Below the pieces are notes generated by a model that worked only from the letters and a program-made list of their open reading frames with translations, ran no database searches and was not told where the DNA came from. The translations under genes and the position numbers were made by a program. Shown piece after piece: positions 1-10,224 of a DNA stretch of 64,000 nt (its first letter is position 1; the number at the start of each line of letters is the position of its first letter). Source of the stretch: an uncultured Gammaproteobacteria bacterium. Its GTDB lineage: Bacteria; Patescibacteriota; Microgenomatia; UBA8517. Location: the NCBI GenBank assembly GCA_964583685.1, contig CAZOVJ010000002.1, positions 213,862 to 277,861 on the forward strand, read 5' to 3'.

Positions 1-463
1 CCTGGTCAACCTCGGAAAGCTTGGTCACATCCACAATAAACTTTTCCGGTAGGTTCTTGGCCAATGCTTCTACTTCCACCTCGTTAAGTTGGACAACCAT
101 AATTCCCTTGCCAGACTTCTCGGCCGGAGGCTCTCCTACTATTTCGATCGGCACAGCGGTGGAAACCTTTTCCCTGAGATTAACTTGTAAAAAATCCAAG
201 TGTAATGGCTCTTCGTTAATCGGGTCTGTCTGAACGTTGTGGATCAAGGCCGGTTTTTTAAGCGAACCAAGCAGAAGCTCAATAAGACCAGTTTCCCCCA
301 CCTTTTTATAAAGAGCTTGGAACTCGCTCTTTTTGACTTGGATTGCCAAGGATTTTATCTTTTTGCCATAAATATTCGCCGGTAAAATGCCCTGTTTCCG
401 GAGTTTTTTTACCTTTCTTCCTAAAATTTTTCTTTTTTCTACTTTAAGCGTGTGTTTCTTCAT
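1..463 (-). CDS. rplY: 50S ribosomal protein L25/Ctc (runs off window edge; absent from ORF track)
   Basis: Manual translation from ATG at 463: MKKHTLKVEKRKILGRKVKKLRKQGILPANIYGK...VQTDPINEEPLHLDFLQV, typical L25 motifs. Confidence 0.93.
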   Translation of the reverse strand, partial: MKKHTLKVEKRKILGRKVKKLRKQGILPANIYGKKIKSLAIQVKKSEFQALYKKVGETGLIELLLGSLKKPALIHNVQTDPINEEPLHLDFLQVNLREKVSTAVPIEIVGEPPAEKSGKGIMVVQLNEVEVEALAKNLPEKFIVDVTKLSEVDQ

Positions 464-465
464 CT

Positions 466-3132
466 TTACCAATCAATCTGGGCGCTGAAATCTTTCAACA
501 GGTTTGTATTATATCCAAAAGTCTCCCCGTCGGTCAAGGAAAAACCAGGAACTACTCTGACCGGTTTTCTAGGTATTGCCAGTTTAATTATAATAGGATC
601 TTTGTCTGTCCCTGATTGCTTTTGCCACCCCAGAAGATATTTGCCGGGCCGGGAAAAATCTAAATGGGCCGGCGTATGCCAAGAAAAGATGATGCTTTTC
701 TTTTGACCTGGAGCTAAAGTTAGCAAGACTCCTGCCTCCAATCTACCAGGAAGCTTCTTTATCTCCGGAGTTAAATATCTTTTAGCCTGGGCACTAATTA
801 TCTTAACTGAATCAAAAAAGCTGTCCTCAGTAGTTATTGTTCTGATGTAAACCTTGTAACGGCCGGTAATATCTAGCGCGGCTGGAGCATTGTTTTGTAA
901 ATCAATGGTCAGACGATTATCAATCTTGTTTTGGCTGAGAACGGAAAATAACTCTGCTCTTCGTTCTATAAAATAATTGACCTTGTTTACTCCCACATTG
1001 GCCTCGATTATAACCAACCAAGAAACAGCACAATTTCCTTTACAGCCAAGAGGCTTCACTGCTCCGTCCCAATTCAGTAAAGAAACCGCCTGGTTCACCT
1101 TAGTATTATCAACAAATATCTGGATGTGTTGTGTCTCGAGGTTTTCAAAAAGAATACGTCCTACCCGAAGATAATCAGTTGAGTCCAAGTTGGTTAGTTT
1201 GGTCAAAATTACTTGAACCAAGGCAGTGAGAAAGTTAGCTTTCTTGTGCGAACCCGGGAAAAACTCAGATTCAACTTCGTACTGAATCTTTTCATAAACA
1301 TTTTTATAATCAATCTCTTGGCCAAAGTCAGGCAGTCTAACCGGGCCCAACTCTTTAAGAAAAGACTTAACAAGTTCTAAATCGATGGCCACAACCCCAT
1401 CCACCTTTCTGTCTATCTCTTTTTCCAAAAACCACTCCGCTCTCCTGGCAGAGGTGGGAAAATCCGGGTCCCAATTAGAATCTCTTAGAAACCAATTTGC
1501 CTCTCCTAAATAATCTCGGATGGCAACAGGAGGCTCAACATGGCCCTTCAGCTGTCCATCCGCCGAGTAGACATCAAGAACACTCATGTCAATTAATCTT
1601 CCCTTGTCAAAAGTTACCAAAGCAAAAGAACCGATAAAGCCCCCGGTGGGTCTCAATTCCATGTTATTTTGAAAAAGTACCAAATAAGTTTTCGGTCTGT
1701 CCGACCCCAAAAGAAGAGGTAAACAACCGGCTATTTCTCTAAGGGGGCCCATATATTTCCTAAATTCTCTTAAAACCTGCCCTTGAGAAAGAAGGTTTTT
1801 GCCAAAAAGCGATGATTGGTCAATCTCGCTCTCTAGAAATGAAATCTCTTGATATAAAAACTCAAGTTCTAGAACCATCTCTTTTGAAAGCTGCCCAATA
1901 TCGTATTCTTGGTCGCTGAAAATTCCATTAACCAAAGTAAAAAGGTTATCCAGAAAGACAATTCCTCTTTTACCTGTTAAACTGGCTCTTTGCAAAACAG
2001 AGGCTGTTTCAGCCATAAAATTAAGCCTTTCAATTAACATCCCCTGCTTGGCCAGGACCGCCAGTTTTTCTGAAATATTGAGAAGAACTTGAGCAGAATC
2101 CCAGCGTCCCTTTAAAGCAGTTCTGTAAGCTAAAGTTAGGGCCGCCCCTGAAGCGAACATTGAAACAAAAGGTAAAATTAAAAGCCAGAGAAAAAGCAAA
2201 AATAGAAATGCTACCTGCCGCCACCTAAAAGAAAATCGCCATCTCAATCTTGGGGTTATTCTTTTTTGTTCTGGTTCTGGTTTCAGTTTTTCTGGTTCGA
2301 TCCCTTGCCGAGCAAACCATGCAAAAGTTTGTTTTAAAAAATCTTTGTCTGGCTTTTTAACAACAACAAAACCAGAAACATTAGCCAGGGGAAATTCTTT
2401 CATTGAGGCTACTTTAATAAATGAAAGTCCTGTTTTTATTTGTTGAAGTCTTTTCAGAAATTTATAGACCGTAGTTTTTCTCACTAAAGCGGTCTTCTTT
2501 TTTGCAAACCCATAAGAAAAAATTGCCCCAATCAATTCCTTTACCGCCTGACCGACAAAAAGAGGAAAAATCGGGAAATCTTCTTCTGGTATTCGAATCG
2601 CTCCTCCAGAAATAGCTTCTTTAATCATTTGGCCAACAATCTCCTGACTTGAAAGGTACATCTTCGGACCATATAGCTGGCCGAGAAAAACAATTCCCGG
2701 CTCGGGCGTAAGTTTTTGTAAATATTGGTCAACCAAGGCTTCTGTTAATTTCTGCGATGCGCTCGTCTGAACATAGGGAAGGAAAACATAAGTTTTTGTC
2801 TTAACTCTTTGGACAAAGGAAAAGACTCTAGACAATCTCTTGCTTATCTTTCTGGAATATTCTTTTTCGTTTTTGGCTGTTTCAATTCCTTCAATAATAA
2901 AAACATAATCCGCCCTTTCGGGTAATTTATTCTTCAGTTTAAAAATCTTCAAATTATTGTTGTCTTTTAAATAGGCTGTCTCCCTTACCCATTGTTTTGC
3001 CTTTTCTGTAAAGACATTAACAATACAGTGATTAGCCAAAAGTGAATCAACTAAATGGATAGATAAAATATTCACTTCTGAAAAAATCACCACCGAAGGC
3101 TTTGTTTCAAGACTGACAATCTGCGAGGCCAT
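466..3132 (-). CDS. DUF4012-domain membrane protein with degenerate N-terminal NAD-dependent epimerase-like domain
   Basis: YLVLFQNNMELRPTGGFIGS, RDSNWDPDFPTSA and NVGVNKVN are DUF4012-type motifs; central TM; N-terminus has 'HLVDSLL...LYGP' epimerase-like remnants. Confidence 0.8.
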   Translation of the reverse strand: MASQIVSLETKPSVVIFSEVNILSIHLVDSLLANHCIVNVFTEKAKQWVRETAYLKDNNNLKIFKLKNKLPERADYVFIIEGIETAKNEKEYSRKISKRLSRVFSFVQRVKTKTYVFLPYVQTSASQKLTEALVDQYLQKLTPEPGIVFLGQLYGPKMYLSSQEIVGQMIKEAISGGAIRIPEEDFPIFPLFVGQAVKELIGAIFSYGFAKKKTALVRKTTVYKFLKRLQQIKTGLSFIKVASMKEFPLANVSGFVVVKKPDKDFLKQTFAWFARQGIEPEKLKPEPEQKRITPRLRWRFSFRWRQVAFLFLLFLWLLILPFVSMFASGAALTLAYRTALKGRWDSAQVLLNISEKLAVLAKQGMLIERLNFMAETASVLQRASLTGKRGIVFLDNLFTLVNGIFSDQEYDIGQLSKEMVLELEFLYQEISFLESEIDQSSLFGKNLLSQGQVLREFRKYMGPLREIAGCLPLLLGSDRPKTYLVLFQNNMELRPTGGFIGSFALVTFDKGRLIDMSVLDVYSADGQLKGHVEPPVAIRDYLGEANWFLRDSNWDPDFPTSARRAEWFLEKEIDRKVDGVVAIDLELVKSFLKELGPVRLPDFGQEIDYKNVYEKIQYEVESEFFPGSHKKANFLTALVQVILTKLTNLDSTDYLRVGRILFENLETQHIQIFVDNTKVNQAVSLLNWDGAVKPLGCKGNCAVSWLVIIEANVGVNKVNYFIERRAELFSVLSQNKIDNRLTIDLQNNAPAALDITGRYKVYIRTITTEDSFFDSVKIISAQAKRYLTPEIKKLPGRLEAGVLLTLAPGQKKSIIFSWHTPAHLDFSRPGKYLLGWQKQSGTDKDPIIIKLAIPRKPVRVVPGFSLTDGETFGYNTNLLKDFSAQIDW

Positions 3133-3214
3133 GGTAATTCATCCTACTTTTCCGCAAAAGACTAATTTCCCTTATCAAAGACTTGTCGGTCATCAACAAG
3201 AAAAGCTGGGCTTT

Positions 3215-3628
3215 TCAAGTGACGGAGAAATCTAAAGTCGTGTTAACCAAAAGGTCTGCTTTCTTGTTTTCCTCCCTGGGAATGTGTTTATAATTTACTA
3301 CTAAATCGAGGCCTCTCTCTAGTTCCTTAATCTTTAAAACCAAAAGTTGAAGCTTTCTGTTTTTAATTCTAAACTCGCCTTTTAATTGCTTTACAACCAA
3401 CTTTGAATCCAGATAGAAATATATTCTTTGAAAACTAATTTTATCTTTGTTTTTTAACAACCAGCCAAGGGCCATTATCACTGCTTGATATTCGGCAACA
3501 TTGTTGGTGGCCTGACCTAAAAACTTCGCTTCTTGGCAAACTACCTTTTTGTTCTCGTCAAAGACCACAAAGGCGGAAGCGGCCGGCCCAGGGTTACCTC
3601 TCGCCCCGCCATCACAGTAAATTTTCAT
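3215..3628 (-). CDS. rnhA: Ribonuclease HI family protein
   Basis: DGGARGNPGPA, TNNVAEY, DSKLVVKQL, HIPREENKKAD. Confidence 0.92.
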   Translation of the reverse strand: MKIYCDGGARGNPGPAASAFVVFDENKKVVCQEAKFLGQATNNVAEYQAVIMALGWLLKNKDKISFQRIYFYLDSKLVVKQLKGEFRIKNRKLQLLVLKIKELERGLDLVVNYKHIPREENKKADLLVNTTLDFSVT

Positions 3629-4902
3629 TCTCTGATTGTATCACCTTTTAAGGAAAAGAGGGCACCCAAGACAAGAGCAAAAAGGAGCTGTGTTTGTTGA
3701 AGTGTAAACCAATAATGATCAACTACTCCGCTTAATAAAATTACCAGAAAAGCAAAAATTAAATGCTGATGATTCCTCGCTTCTGCTTTCTTTAAAGCCC
3801 TAAATATTATGTAAAAGAAAAGCAAAAAACCGATTATCCCCATCTCACTAAGAATTAAAAGGTAGATGTTGTGGACCGGCTGCAGCTGCCAAATAACTCG
3901 AGGTTGAAAAAAGGCCCAATTGGCCTTTTGAATCTGGGGAAGTAGAGCAATAAAGTTACCCGCACCGACTCCTATCAGTGGAGATTTTACAAAGGCTATG
4001 CCCGCGGCCACCACCAACTCTAGCCTATCTTGGACATTTTCTGGAAAAGAATAATTAGCAAGTATCACTCCTTTACTAACAATCGGCAAAATCAAGGAAC
4101 CGACGATTAACAAAACTACCAACGGTGAACAAGAAAACGAAATATTCAACCTGTTTTTGAACTTCACTAAAAGAAAAACCAACAAAGCGACCAGCCAGAC
4201 ATTTTGAGAAAAGGAAAGGACGATTATAACAAAAGCCATGAGCACCGAGAAAAAATATAAAAGGCTTTTCCCCTTCTCTTTAAAAAGAAGGGCTACAACA
4301 ACCAAAGAATAACCGGCTAAGGCATTTGGGTGAGGAAAGGTAGCATACGGTCTTAAATAACTTCTCTCAAACAGGTTAAAGAGGGCGATACCAGGAGTAG
4401 AAGAGCTAAAGGTTCTCTCGCCCAAAAAATAGAAAGGGCCGCCAATCGTTCTCTGTAAAAGAAATTGACCAAGGCTAATCAGTCCGGTATAGATAATCGA
4501 GACTGCCAAGGGAAGGACAACCAGCTTATTCTTCTGTTTGTAATTAACAGAAAAATAAAACACCAACAAACCAATCTCCAAAAATTTAAACCATTTAAGA
4601 AGTGCCACTTGCCAAACAAAGGCAAAATAAACATTCAGAAAAGCAAAAAATATTAGGCAAAAAATAGCAAGCATCCCCGCCCCTCCCGGGCTTGATAACC
4701 GATGACTACTCCCCTTCAAATCAATCAGCCAAAAAACTATTAATAAAAAAACAAGAATATCCGTTAAGTAAATGGCTGGAGAAAGATAATCAACCCTTAT
4801 TCCAAAAATTAAGGCCCATTTTGGCCAAAAATGATAGCCCAGCTGGATAGGTAGAAGGGCAAGTAAGATCTGAAATAGGCGATGATGAAGCTTCATCGCC
4901 AA
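3625..4902 (-). CDS. O-antigen ligase (Wzy_C) family membrane protein
   Basis: Many TMs; RPYATFPHPNALAGY, PLIGVGAGNF, PVHNIYLLILSEMGIIG. Confidence 0.85.
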   Translation of the reverse strand: MAMKLHHRLFQILLALLPIQLGYHFWPKWALIFGIRVDYLSPAIYLTDILVFLLIVFWLIDLKGSSHRLSSPGGAGMLAIFCLIFFAFLNVYFAFVWQVALLKWFKFLEIGLLVFYFSVNYKQKNKLVVLPLAVSIIYTGLISLGQFLLQRTIGGPFYFLGERTFSSSTPGIALFNLFERSYLRPYATFPHPNALAGYSLVVVALLFKEKGKSLLYFFSVLMAFVIIVLSFSQNVWLVALLVFLLVKFKNRLNISFSCSPLVVLLIVGSLILPIVSKGVILANYSFPENVQDRLELVVAAGIAFVKSPLIGVGAGNFIALLPQIQKANWAFFQPRVIWQLQPVHNIYLLILSEMGIIGFLLFFYIIFRALKKAEARNHQHLIFAFLVILLSGVVDHYWFTLQQTQLLFALVLGALFSLKGDTIRE

Positions 4903-4915
4903 TATTATAGCCTTT

Positions 4916-5386
4916 CTAAGATTTTATTTTAATAACTAGAAATCTTTCTTCTCCTTCTCCCTCGGATTCAGTTTCAATATCTTTGTTGTCTGATAGAGCA
5001 AGGTGAATTATTCTCCTCTGCCCCGGAGAAAGATTGTAGAGATACTGTGGCTCTCCAGTTAATTTTGCCCGTTCTGCTGCTTGCTTGGCTAAAAATTCCA
5101 AGTGCTCTTCTTGCTTCACTCGCCAATCACCAATATTAACAACAGTCCTCGGCCAACTCCCTGTTTTTTGGGCAATGGCCACTCTTAAAAAAAACTGGAT
5201 GGCATTCAAAGTTTCTCCGTGCCTACCAATTAAAAGCCCAACCTCCTTGTCCGGCTCGATATCAATCTTTAATGTCTCGTTTAGCTGGACATCAATTTTT
5301 GCCCCTATTCCCAAAAGGGCAAAAAGCTCACCAGATAATATCTCTGCCTCTTTTTTTAAATCTTTACTTTTTTCTTTCTTTGCCAT
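4916..5386 (-). CDS. jag: Jag/EloR (KhpB) KH+R3H RNA-binding protein
   Basis: GLLIGRHGETLNAIQ (KH), RRIIH (R3H), ESEGEGEER; lies downstream of yidC. Confidence 0.9.
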   Translation of the reverse strand: MAKKEKSKDLKKEAEILSGELFALLGIGAKIDVQLNETLKIDIEPDKEVGLLIGRHGETLNAIQFFLRVAIAQKTGSWPRTVVNIGDWRVKQEEHLEFLAKQAAERAKLTGEPQYLYNLSPGQRRIIHLALSDNKDIETESEGEGEERFLVIKIKS

Positions 5387-6206
5387 TTGAACCAGGTAAT
5401 TTTAACAGACCAAGTTTCTTAATCCAAGGAGTCATTCCTCCCCAACCAGCCATCCTATATTGTTGAACGGTTTGGTATAAAGAAAAAACCACCCAGTAGA
5501 TTGCCAGCCCAGAAGGAAAACGCATACCAATAATCAGAGTAAAAAAGGGCATGGTGTAAATCATCGATTTTTGCATCGCTACCTGAAAATCATCTGCTTC
5601 GCCTTTGGTTTTTTTGGCAATTTTCTTTTCTGTTTCAATATAGGGAGTCATTATTTTTGCTGAAATGAACTGACTAATGGCGGCCGTAATAAGTACTGGC
5701 CCAGGAATGGCAAAAGCCAGAAAAGGCAATTTAAGAAGGTCGGGTTTAGCAATGTCTAGATAAAGAAATTTTGTATTGATAACCGCGCCCTGAGAAAATC
5801 TCAACGGCTGATACAAAAGCTCATTAAATTTGGAAACAGTATCACCATCACTAGAAAGTGCTCTTAAAAAAACCTGAAACAGGGCAATAAGAACAACTAG
5901 TTGTAAAAGTTGAGGAAGACACCCTGCTCCTGGATTAATACCCTTTTGTTTATAAAATTCGGCTTGAGCTTGCATTAATTTTTTCCTATCACCCTTGTGT
6001 CTTTTTTTCAGTTTTGCCAATTGGGGCTCGAACTCCTTCATCTTCTTCATGGATTTCATTGAGGACTTTGTTAAAGGACTAAAAACAACCCTTAAAAAAA
6101 GGGAGAAACCAATAATGGCCAAGCCCAAATTCTGGCCAAGCAGCTTATAAAAAAGCACTAGTCCATTGGCTAAAGGTTGAATGAGAAAAACGGTAAAGAT
6201 GTTCAT
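5364..6206 (-). CDS. yidC: Membrane protein insertase YidC (short form)
   Basis: GLAIIGFSLFLR, NPGAGCLPQLLQ, PSGLAIYW; likely start is ATG at 6206, overlapping the yidD stop. Confidence 0.92.
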   Translation of the reverse strand: MNIFTVFLIQPLANGLVLFYKLLGQNLGLAIIGFSLFLRVVFSPLTKSSMKSMKKMKEFEPQLAKLKKRHKGDRKKLMQAQAEFYKQKGINPGAGCLPQLLQLVVLIALFQVFLRALSSDGDTVSKFNELLYQPLRFSQGAVINTKFLYLDIAKPDLLKLPFLAFAIPGPVLITAAISQFISAKIMTPYIETEKKIAKKTKGEADDFQVAMQKSMIYTMPFFTLIIGMRFPSGLAIYWVVFSLYQTVQQYRMAGWGGMTPWIKKLGLLKLPGSNGKERKK

Positions 6207-6424
6207 AAAACAGGATCGTAGCTTGGTTGGCCCAAGGGATGACAACGGATAATCCTTTTAAGGCCTAAAAATACTCCCCTCACAACTCCATATCTGGTAA
6301 TAGCCTCCTGACAATAACAAGAACAAGTTGGCCTAAATCGACAGCCACCACTAAAAAGCAAGCTAAAAAAGCCAGAAAAAAATCTCTGATAAAAAACAAT
6401 CAATAAAATCAGTACCTTTCTCAT
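6203..6424 (-). CDS. yidD: Membrane protein insertion efficiency factor YidD
   Basis: CRFRPTCS...RIIRCHP; conserved synteny. Confidence 0.92.
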   Translation of the reverse strand: MRKVLILLIVFYQRFFSGFFSLLFSGGCRFRPTCSCYCQEAITRYGVVRGVFLGLKRIIRCHPLGQPSYDPVL

Positions 6425-6765
6425 TTTAATAACCCGGCGTCCCTCAGGCTCTCCTGGACTTCCCCCACAAGTTCATCTGCATATTTTCTAAGAACTATTT
6501 GTTTGGCCAAAAAGAGACAATCAAATCCATCCTTGATATAGGCAACTAAGTGTCTGGTTGCTTCACTCAGAACCCTTTTAACCCTATTCCTCTTGGAAGC
6601 ATCCTTAGATATTTTTGTTGAAATAACAAAGCCAAAACGAGAGGGTTCGTCATCTCCCCGGCGCAGAGTTACTAGGGCAAAGGACTCGCTTTGCCAAAGC
6701 TTACCCTCTTTTTTTATCCTCTCAAAGGCAAATTTATCTTTTAAGCGATTTTGGCGAGCCAACAT
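6421..6765 (-). CDS. rnpA: Ribonuclease P protein component
   Basis: RFGFVISTKISKDASKRNRVKR (RNR motif). Confidence 0.93.
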   Translation of the reverse strand: MLARQNRLKDKFAFERIKKEGKLWQSESFALVTLRRGDDEPSRFGFVISTKISKDASKRNRVKRVLSEATRHLVAYIKDGFDCLFLAKQIVLRKYADELVGEVQESLRDAGLLK

Positions 6766-6902
6766 TAGCTAGACAGTTTCTCCCTTCCTTTTAATCTTCT
6801 CCTACGAAGAATTTTCCGGCCAGAAGCGCTTCTCATTCTTACCCTAAAGCCATGGCTTCTTTTTCTTTTTCTTCCACTCGGTTGGTACGTTCTCTTGGGC
6901 AC
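6765..6902 (-). CDS. rpmH: 50S ribosomal protein L34 (45 aa, below ORF-track cutoff)
   Basis: GTG start; [45 protein letters not shown]. Confidence 0.95.
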   Translation of the reverse strand: MPKRTYQPSGRKRKRSHGFRVRMRSASGRKILRRRRLKGREKLSS

Positions 6903-7077
6903 AATAGGATGATTATATCACTGCAGTTACCAATTTCCAACCAACTAATTAATTATTTTCAGCCTTCGCCTTTTTTCGGGGTTGACGGCCTGTGGATATC
7001 TTAATTAATATGCAATTGCTTCTTTTGGCAAACTTTCTGCTCGTGCTTTTTGACTTAATTTATTAATCTGGAAAAAA

Positions 7078-8448
7078 ATGACAAAGTACAACAAGAACAA
7101 AATCTGGCACGAAGTACTAGAAAGCGTCAAGGTTTCTATTTCACCAGCTATTTTCTCAACCTGGCTTTCTCAGACCCATTTGTCAGAGCTAAAACAAATT
7201 AATAATAAAAGATGTCTGGTAGAAGTTGGTTGCTCTTCTTCGTTCGTTAAAACAACAGTTGAACAAAGATATTTTGGACTTCTTCAAAACTCTCTGGCTA
7301 AAGCCCTTAAACTTAATTGCGACTTGGTCTTTATAGTGAAACAAAACCCGCTAATGGAGACAGACCAAGAAGACTTCTCCAGTCCGCTTTTTGAACAGAG
7401 AAACGAGTATCAAGAATTTCTGGATAGGTTAATAAGCACAAGAATTAATTCCCACTATACTTTTGAGAATTTTGCTGTTTCTACCTCAAACCAGATGGCC
7501 TGGGCTGCAGCCGAGGCAGTGGCCAAAAAACCGGCTCATGCTTATAATCCCCTCTTTGTTTGGGGAGGAGTAGGAGTCGGCAAAACTCATTTAATGAACG
7601 CTGTTGCCTACCGCCTACTTAAAAAAAATATCGATGCCAAGGTATTCTTTTGCACTGGCGAGGAGTTCACCAATGACATTGTTGAGGGAATAAGAAATAA
7701 AACCACTCAATCTTTTCGAAGTAAATACAGAAAGCTTGAAGTACTTTTGATAGACGATATCCAATTCATTGCTGGAAAAGATGCTGTCCAGGATGAATTT
7801 TTCCACACCTTTAACGCTGTCACTGCCGCCGGAGGACAAATTATCTTAACTTCTGACAAGCATCCTTCTGAAATTGCCAGATTGGCTGGTCGTCTAAGAA
7901 GCCGTTTTCAGGCTGGTTTGATTGTTGACATTTCTCCTCCAGACTTCGAGCTTCGTTGTGCTATTGTTCAGATAAAATCAAGGCAAAGAAAAGTATCACT
8001 TCCTATGGATTTTGTTCAGTTAATAGCCGGAAATATCAACACTGCCCGGGAATTGGAGGGATTTATTATTCGCCTCATCTCTGAAACAAAAATTAAAAAG
8101 ACGGAAATCAATGAGGAACTCATCAAAAACCTACTTGGTCAGGGAATGGATACCAAAGAAAAGAGAAAAACTACAAGCCCGGAGGAGCTGGTAAGCGCTG
8201 TCTGTCAACATTTCTCAATCAGTAAAAGAGCAATGATGGGCCAGGCCCGTGCAAGAATTATTGCCCGGCCAAGACAAATTTTGATGTACCTCCTAAGAAC
8301 AGAGCTGGGTTTACCTTTTGAAGAAGCGGGAAGAATTGTTGGCCGGGACCATTCAACTGTTATTCATGCTGTGAATAGAATAACTCAAATGGCCTCCACC
8401 AATGTGCAAATCCGTGAGGATATCCTGGGGATTAAAGATTCCCTTTAG
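7078..8448 (+). CDS. dnaA: Chromosomal replication initiator DnaA
   Basis: YNPLFVWGGVGVGKTHL, LLIDDIQF, GRDHSTVIHA. Confidence 0.98.
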   Translation: MTKYNKNKIWHEVLESVKVSISPAIFSTWLSQTHLSELKQINNKRCLVEVGCSSSFVKTTVEQRYFGLLQNSLAKALKLNCDLVFIVKQNPLMETDQEDFSSPLFEQRNEYQEFLDRLISTRINSHYTFENFAVSTSNQMAWAAAEAVAKKPAHAYNPLFVWGGVGVGKTHLMNAVAYRLLKKNIDAKVFFCTGEEFTNDIVEGIRNKTTQSFRSKYRKLEVLLIDDIQFIAGKDAVQDEFFHTFNAVTAAGGQIILTSDKHPSEIARLAGRLRSRFQAGLIVDISPPDFELRCAIVQIKSRQRKVSLPMDFVQLIAGNINTARELEGFIIRLISETKIKKTEINEELIKNLLGQGMDTKEKRKTTSPEELVSAVCQHFSISKRAMMGQARARIIARPRQILMYLLRTELGLPFEEAGRIVGRDHSTVIHAVNRITQMASTNVQIREDILGIKDSL

Positions 8449-8454
8449 GGAAAA

Positions 8455-8625
8455 CTTTTGAGATTTATTCACTTATCAACAAAATGTTTTACTTTATCCA
8501 CAATTTTATAAACATATGAATATGTTCAATATCAACAAAGCAGTTTCCAGTCAACTAGGCATGACTATCCACATATCCACACTCTCTACTACTACTACTA
8601 CTAATATTAATATAGAAAAATACTA
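8455..8625. other. oriC: Replication origin oriC (dnaA-dnaN intergenic)
   Basis: Perfect DnaA box TTATCCACA 8494-8502; near-boxes TTATTCACT 8465, TTATCAACA 8473, CTATCCACA 8565, ATATCCACA 8573; then (CTA)6 DnaA-trios 8586-8603 and an AT-rich tract. Another box (TGTGGATAT) at 6991-6999 upstream of dnaA. Confidence 0.92.
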
Positions 8626-8643
8626 TCTGGTTCTTGTATACTA

Positions 8644-9756
8644 ATGGAGATGAAATTACAAGTTTTACAAGAAGAATTGGCAAAAGCCTTGCTCTTTTCC
8701 ATCCGCTTTGTCAATCCTCGGGCACAACTTCCGATTTTAGCAAATGTTCTTTTAGCAGCAAAAGGAAATAAACTTTCAGTTTTGGCCACAAACTTAGAAG
8801 TTTCACTAGCACTTTCAATAGGAGCGAAAATAGAAAAAGAGGGAAAAATAACTGTTCCGGCCAAGACAACGGCTGATTTAATCTCTAACCTTCCTCCCGA
8901 TTCAATTCGATTATTGGCTGAAAAAGAACAGCTGAAGGTCGCTTCAAGAGGATTTTCTGGTTTTATTTCTGGGACAAACGCTTCTGATTTTCCTTCAATT
9001 CCCCAAACTCTCGGGAAAAAGAGTTTTCAACTTCCCAAGGATGAATTTACAAAAGCCCTCAATCAGGTAATATTTGCTGCTTCGATTGAAGAGACACGAC
9101 CTGTACTAACAGGAGTCCTGTTTTTATTTGATAAGAAAAATCTGGTATTGGTTGCTTCAGACGGATTCAGATTATCGCAAAAGAAAATTTCGTTTAAGCA
9201 AACTTTAAAGCCTCAAAAGATGATTTTACCCAGAGGGGCCCTTTCTGAATTAGCAAAGATTTTGGCCACTTCTGAGGATTCTCTTTTCCTCCAAGTTAGA
9301 GAGACCGATAACCAGGCAATGTTTGGAATAGGAAGTGTAGTTCTTACAGCAAGAATGCTCGAAGGTGAATTTCCCAGTTTTGAAAAAATAATTCCTAAAT
9401 CATCTAAAGTAAAAATAAGAGTTGACAAGGAAGACTTAACCAGAGCAATAAGAACAGCCTCAGTTTTTGCAAGAGAATCAGCAAACATCGTTAATTTTGA
9501 TATTAAAAAAGGCCAGCTTTTGGTCTCTGCTGAAAGTTCAAAAAGTGGAAGTCAGAAGACGAAAATAGAGGCGAAAGTTGAAGGGGAAAGACTGAAAATT
9601 GCCTACAATTTCCGTTTTGTAGAGGATTTCCTAAGCACGGTTGAGAGTGATGAGGTGCAAGTTGAATTTACAGACACGCGCTCTCCTGGAGTTTTTAAAG
9701 ACCCAAAAGACCCGGATTTTCTCCATCTCATCATGCCCGTAAGAGTTCAGGGCTGA
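8644..9756 (+). CDS. dnaN: DNA polymerase III beta sliding clamp
   Basis: LPILANVL, RPVLTGV, VASDGFRL, LIMPVR; follows dnaA. Confidence 0.97.
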   Translation: MEMKLQVLQEELAKALLFSIRFVNPRAQLPILANVLLAAKGNKLSVLATNLEVSLALSIGAKIEKEGKITVPAKTTADLISNLPPDSIRLLAEKEQLKVASRGFSGFISGTNASDFPSIPQTLGKKSFQLPKDEFTKALNQVIFAASIEETRPVLTGVLFLFDKKNLVLVASDGFRLSQKKISFKQTLKPQKMILPRGALSELAKILATSEDSLFLQVRETDNQAMFGIGSVVLTARMLEGEFPSFEKIIPKSSKVKIRVDKEDLTRAIRTASVFARESANIVNFDIKKGQLLVSAESSKSGSQKTKIEAKVEGERLKIAYNFRFVEDFLSTVESDEVQVEFTDTRSPGVFKDPKDPDFLHLIMPVRVQG

Positions 9757-9760
9757 GTTT

Positions 9761-10210
9761 TTAGATACTCATTTCTTCAAGGTCGGAACTGGTAACGCGG
9801 AGGGGCTCAAAAGAGTAATTGATAGGAGGTAATCCTCGACCGTCTTTGGATTTGACAGAAAGTTTAATATTGTAAACACTGTTGAACTTCCAAGAAGGGA
9901 CAGGTTTAAGATAGATAGTTTTATCTGTTTTGTCCGTTGATATTTCGTAGTCTGTTAAGGGATTAATGTTCACCACGATGCTTGATTTATCAACAGCCGA
10001 GCTGAAAAGAAAGGATATTGCCAAGTCGGGAATTACTATTTCTTGTTTTCCCTCAGTGGGGGAGATTTGTTCTAAGACAAAAGGGACGGGAGTTGGTGCT
10101 GGTTGAGGAGCAGGGCTTGGCTCGGGCCTGAAGATAAAAAAGAGAGTGATACCTAAAACTAAAAGAAGAACAATGGCAATTATCTTATGTCTTTTTAGAA
10201 AACTTCGCAT
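9761..10210 (-). CDS. Membrane-anchored Ig-like (Big_5-type) domain protein
   Basis: N-terminal TM, Pro linker, ISFLFSSAVD...LKPVPSWKFNSVYNI. Confidence 0.6.
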   Translation of the reverse strand: MRSFLKRHKIIAIVLLLVLGITLFFIFRPEPSPAPQPAPTPVPFVLEQISPTEGKQEIVIPDLAISFLFSSAVDKSSIVVNINPLTDYEISTDKTDKTIYLKPVPSWKFNSVYNIKLSVKSKDGRGLPPINYSFEPLRVTSSDLEEMSI

Positions 10211-10224
10211 ATTTTCATTCTACA

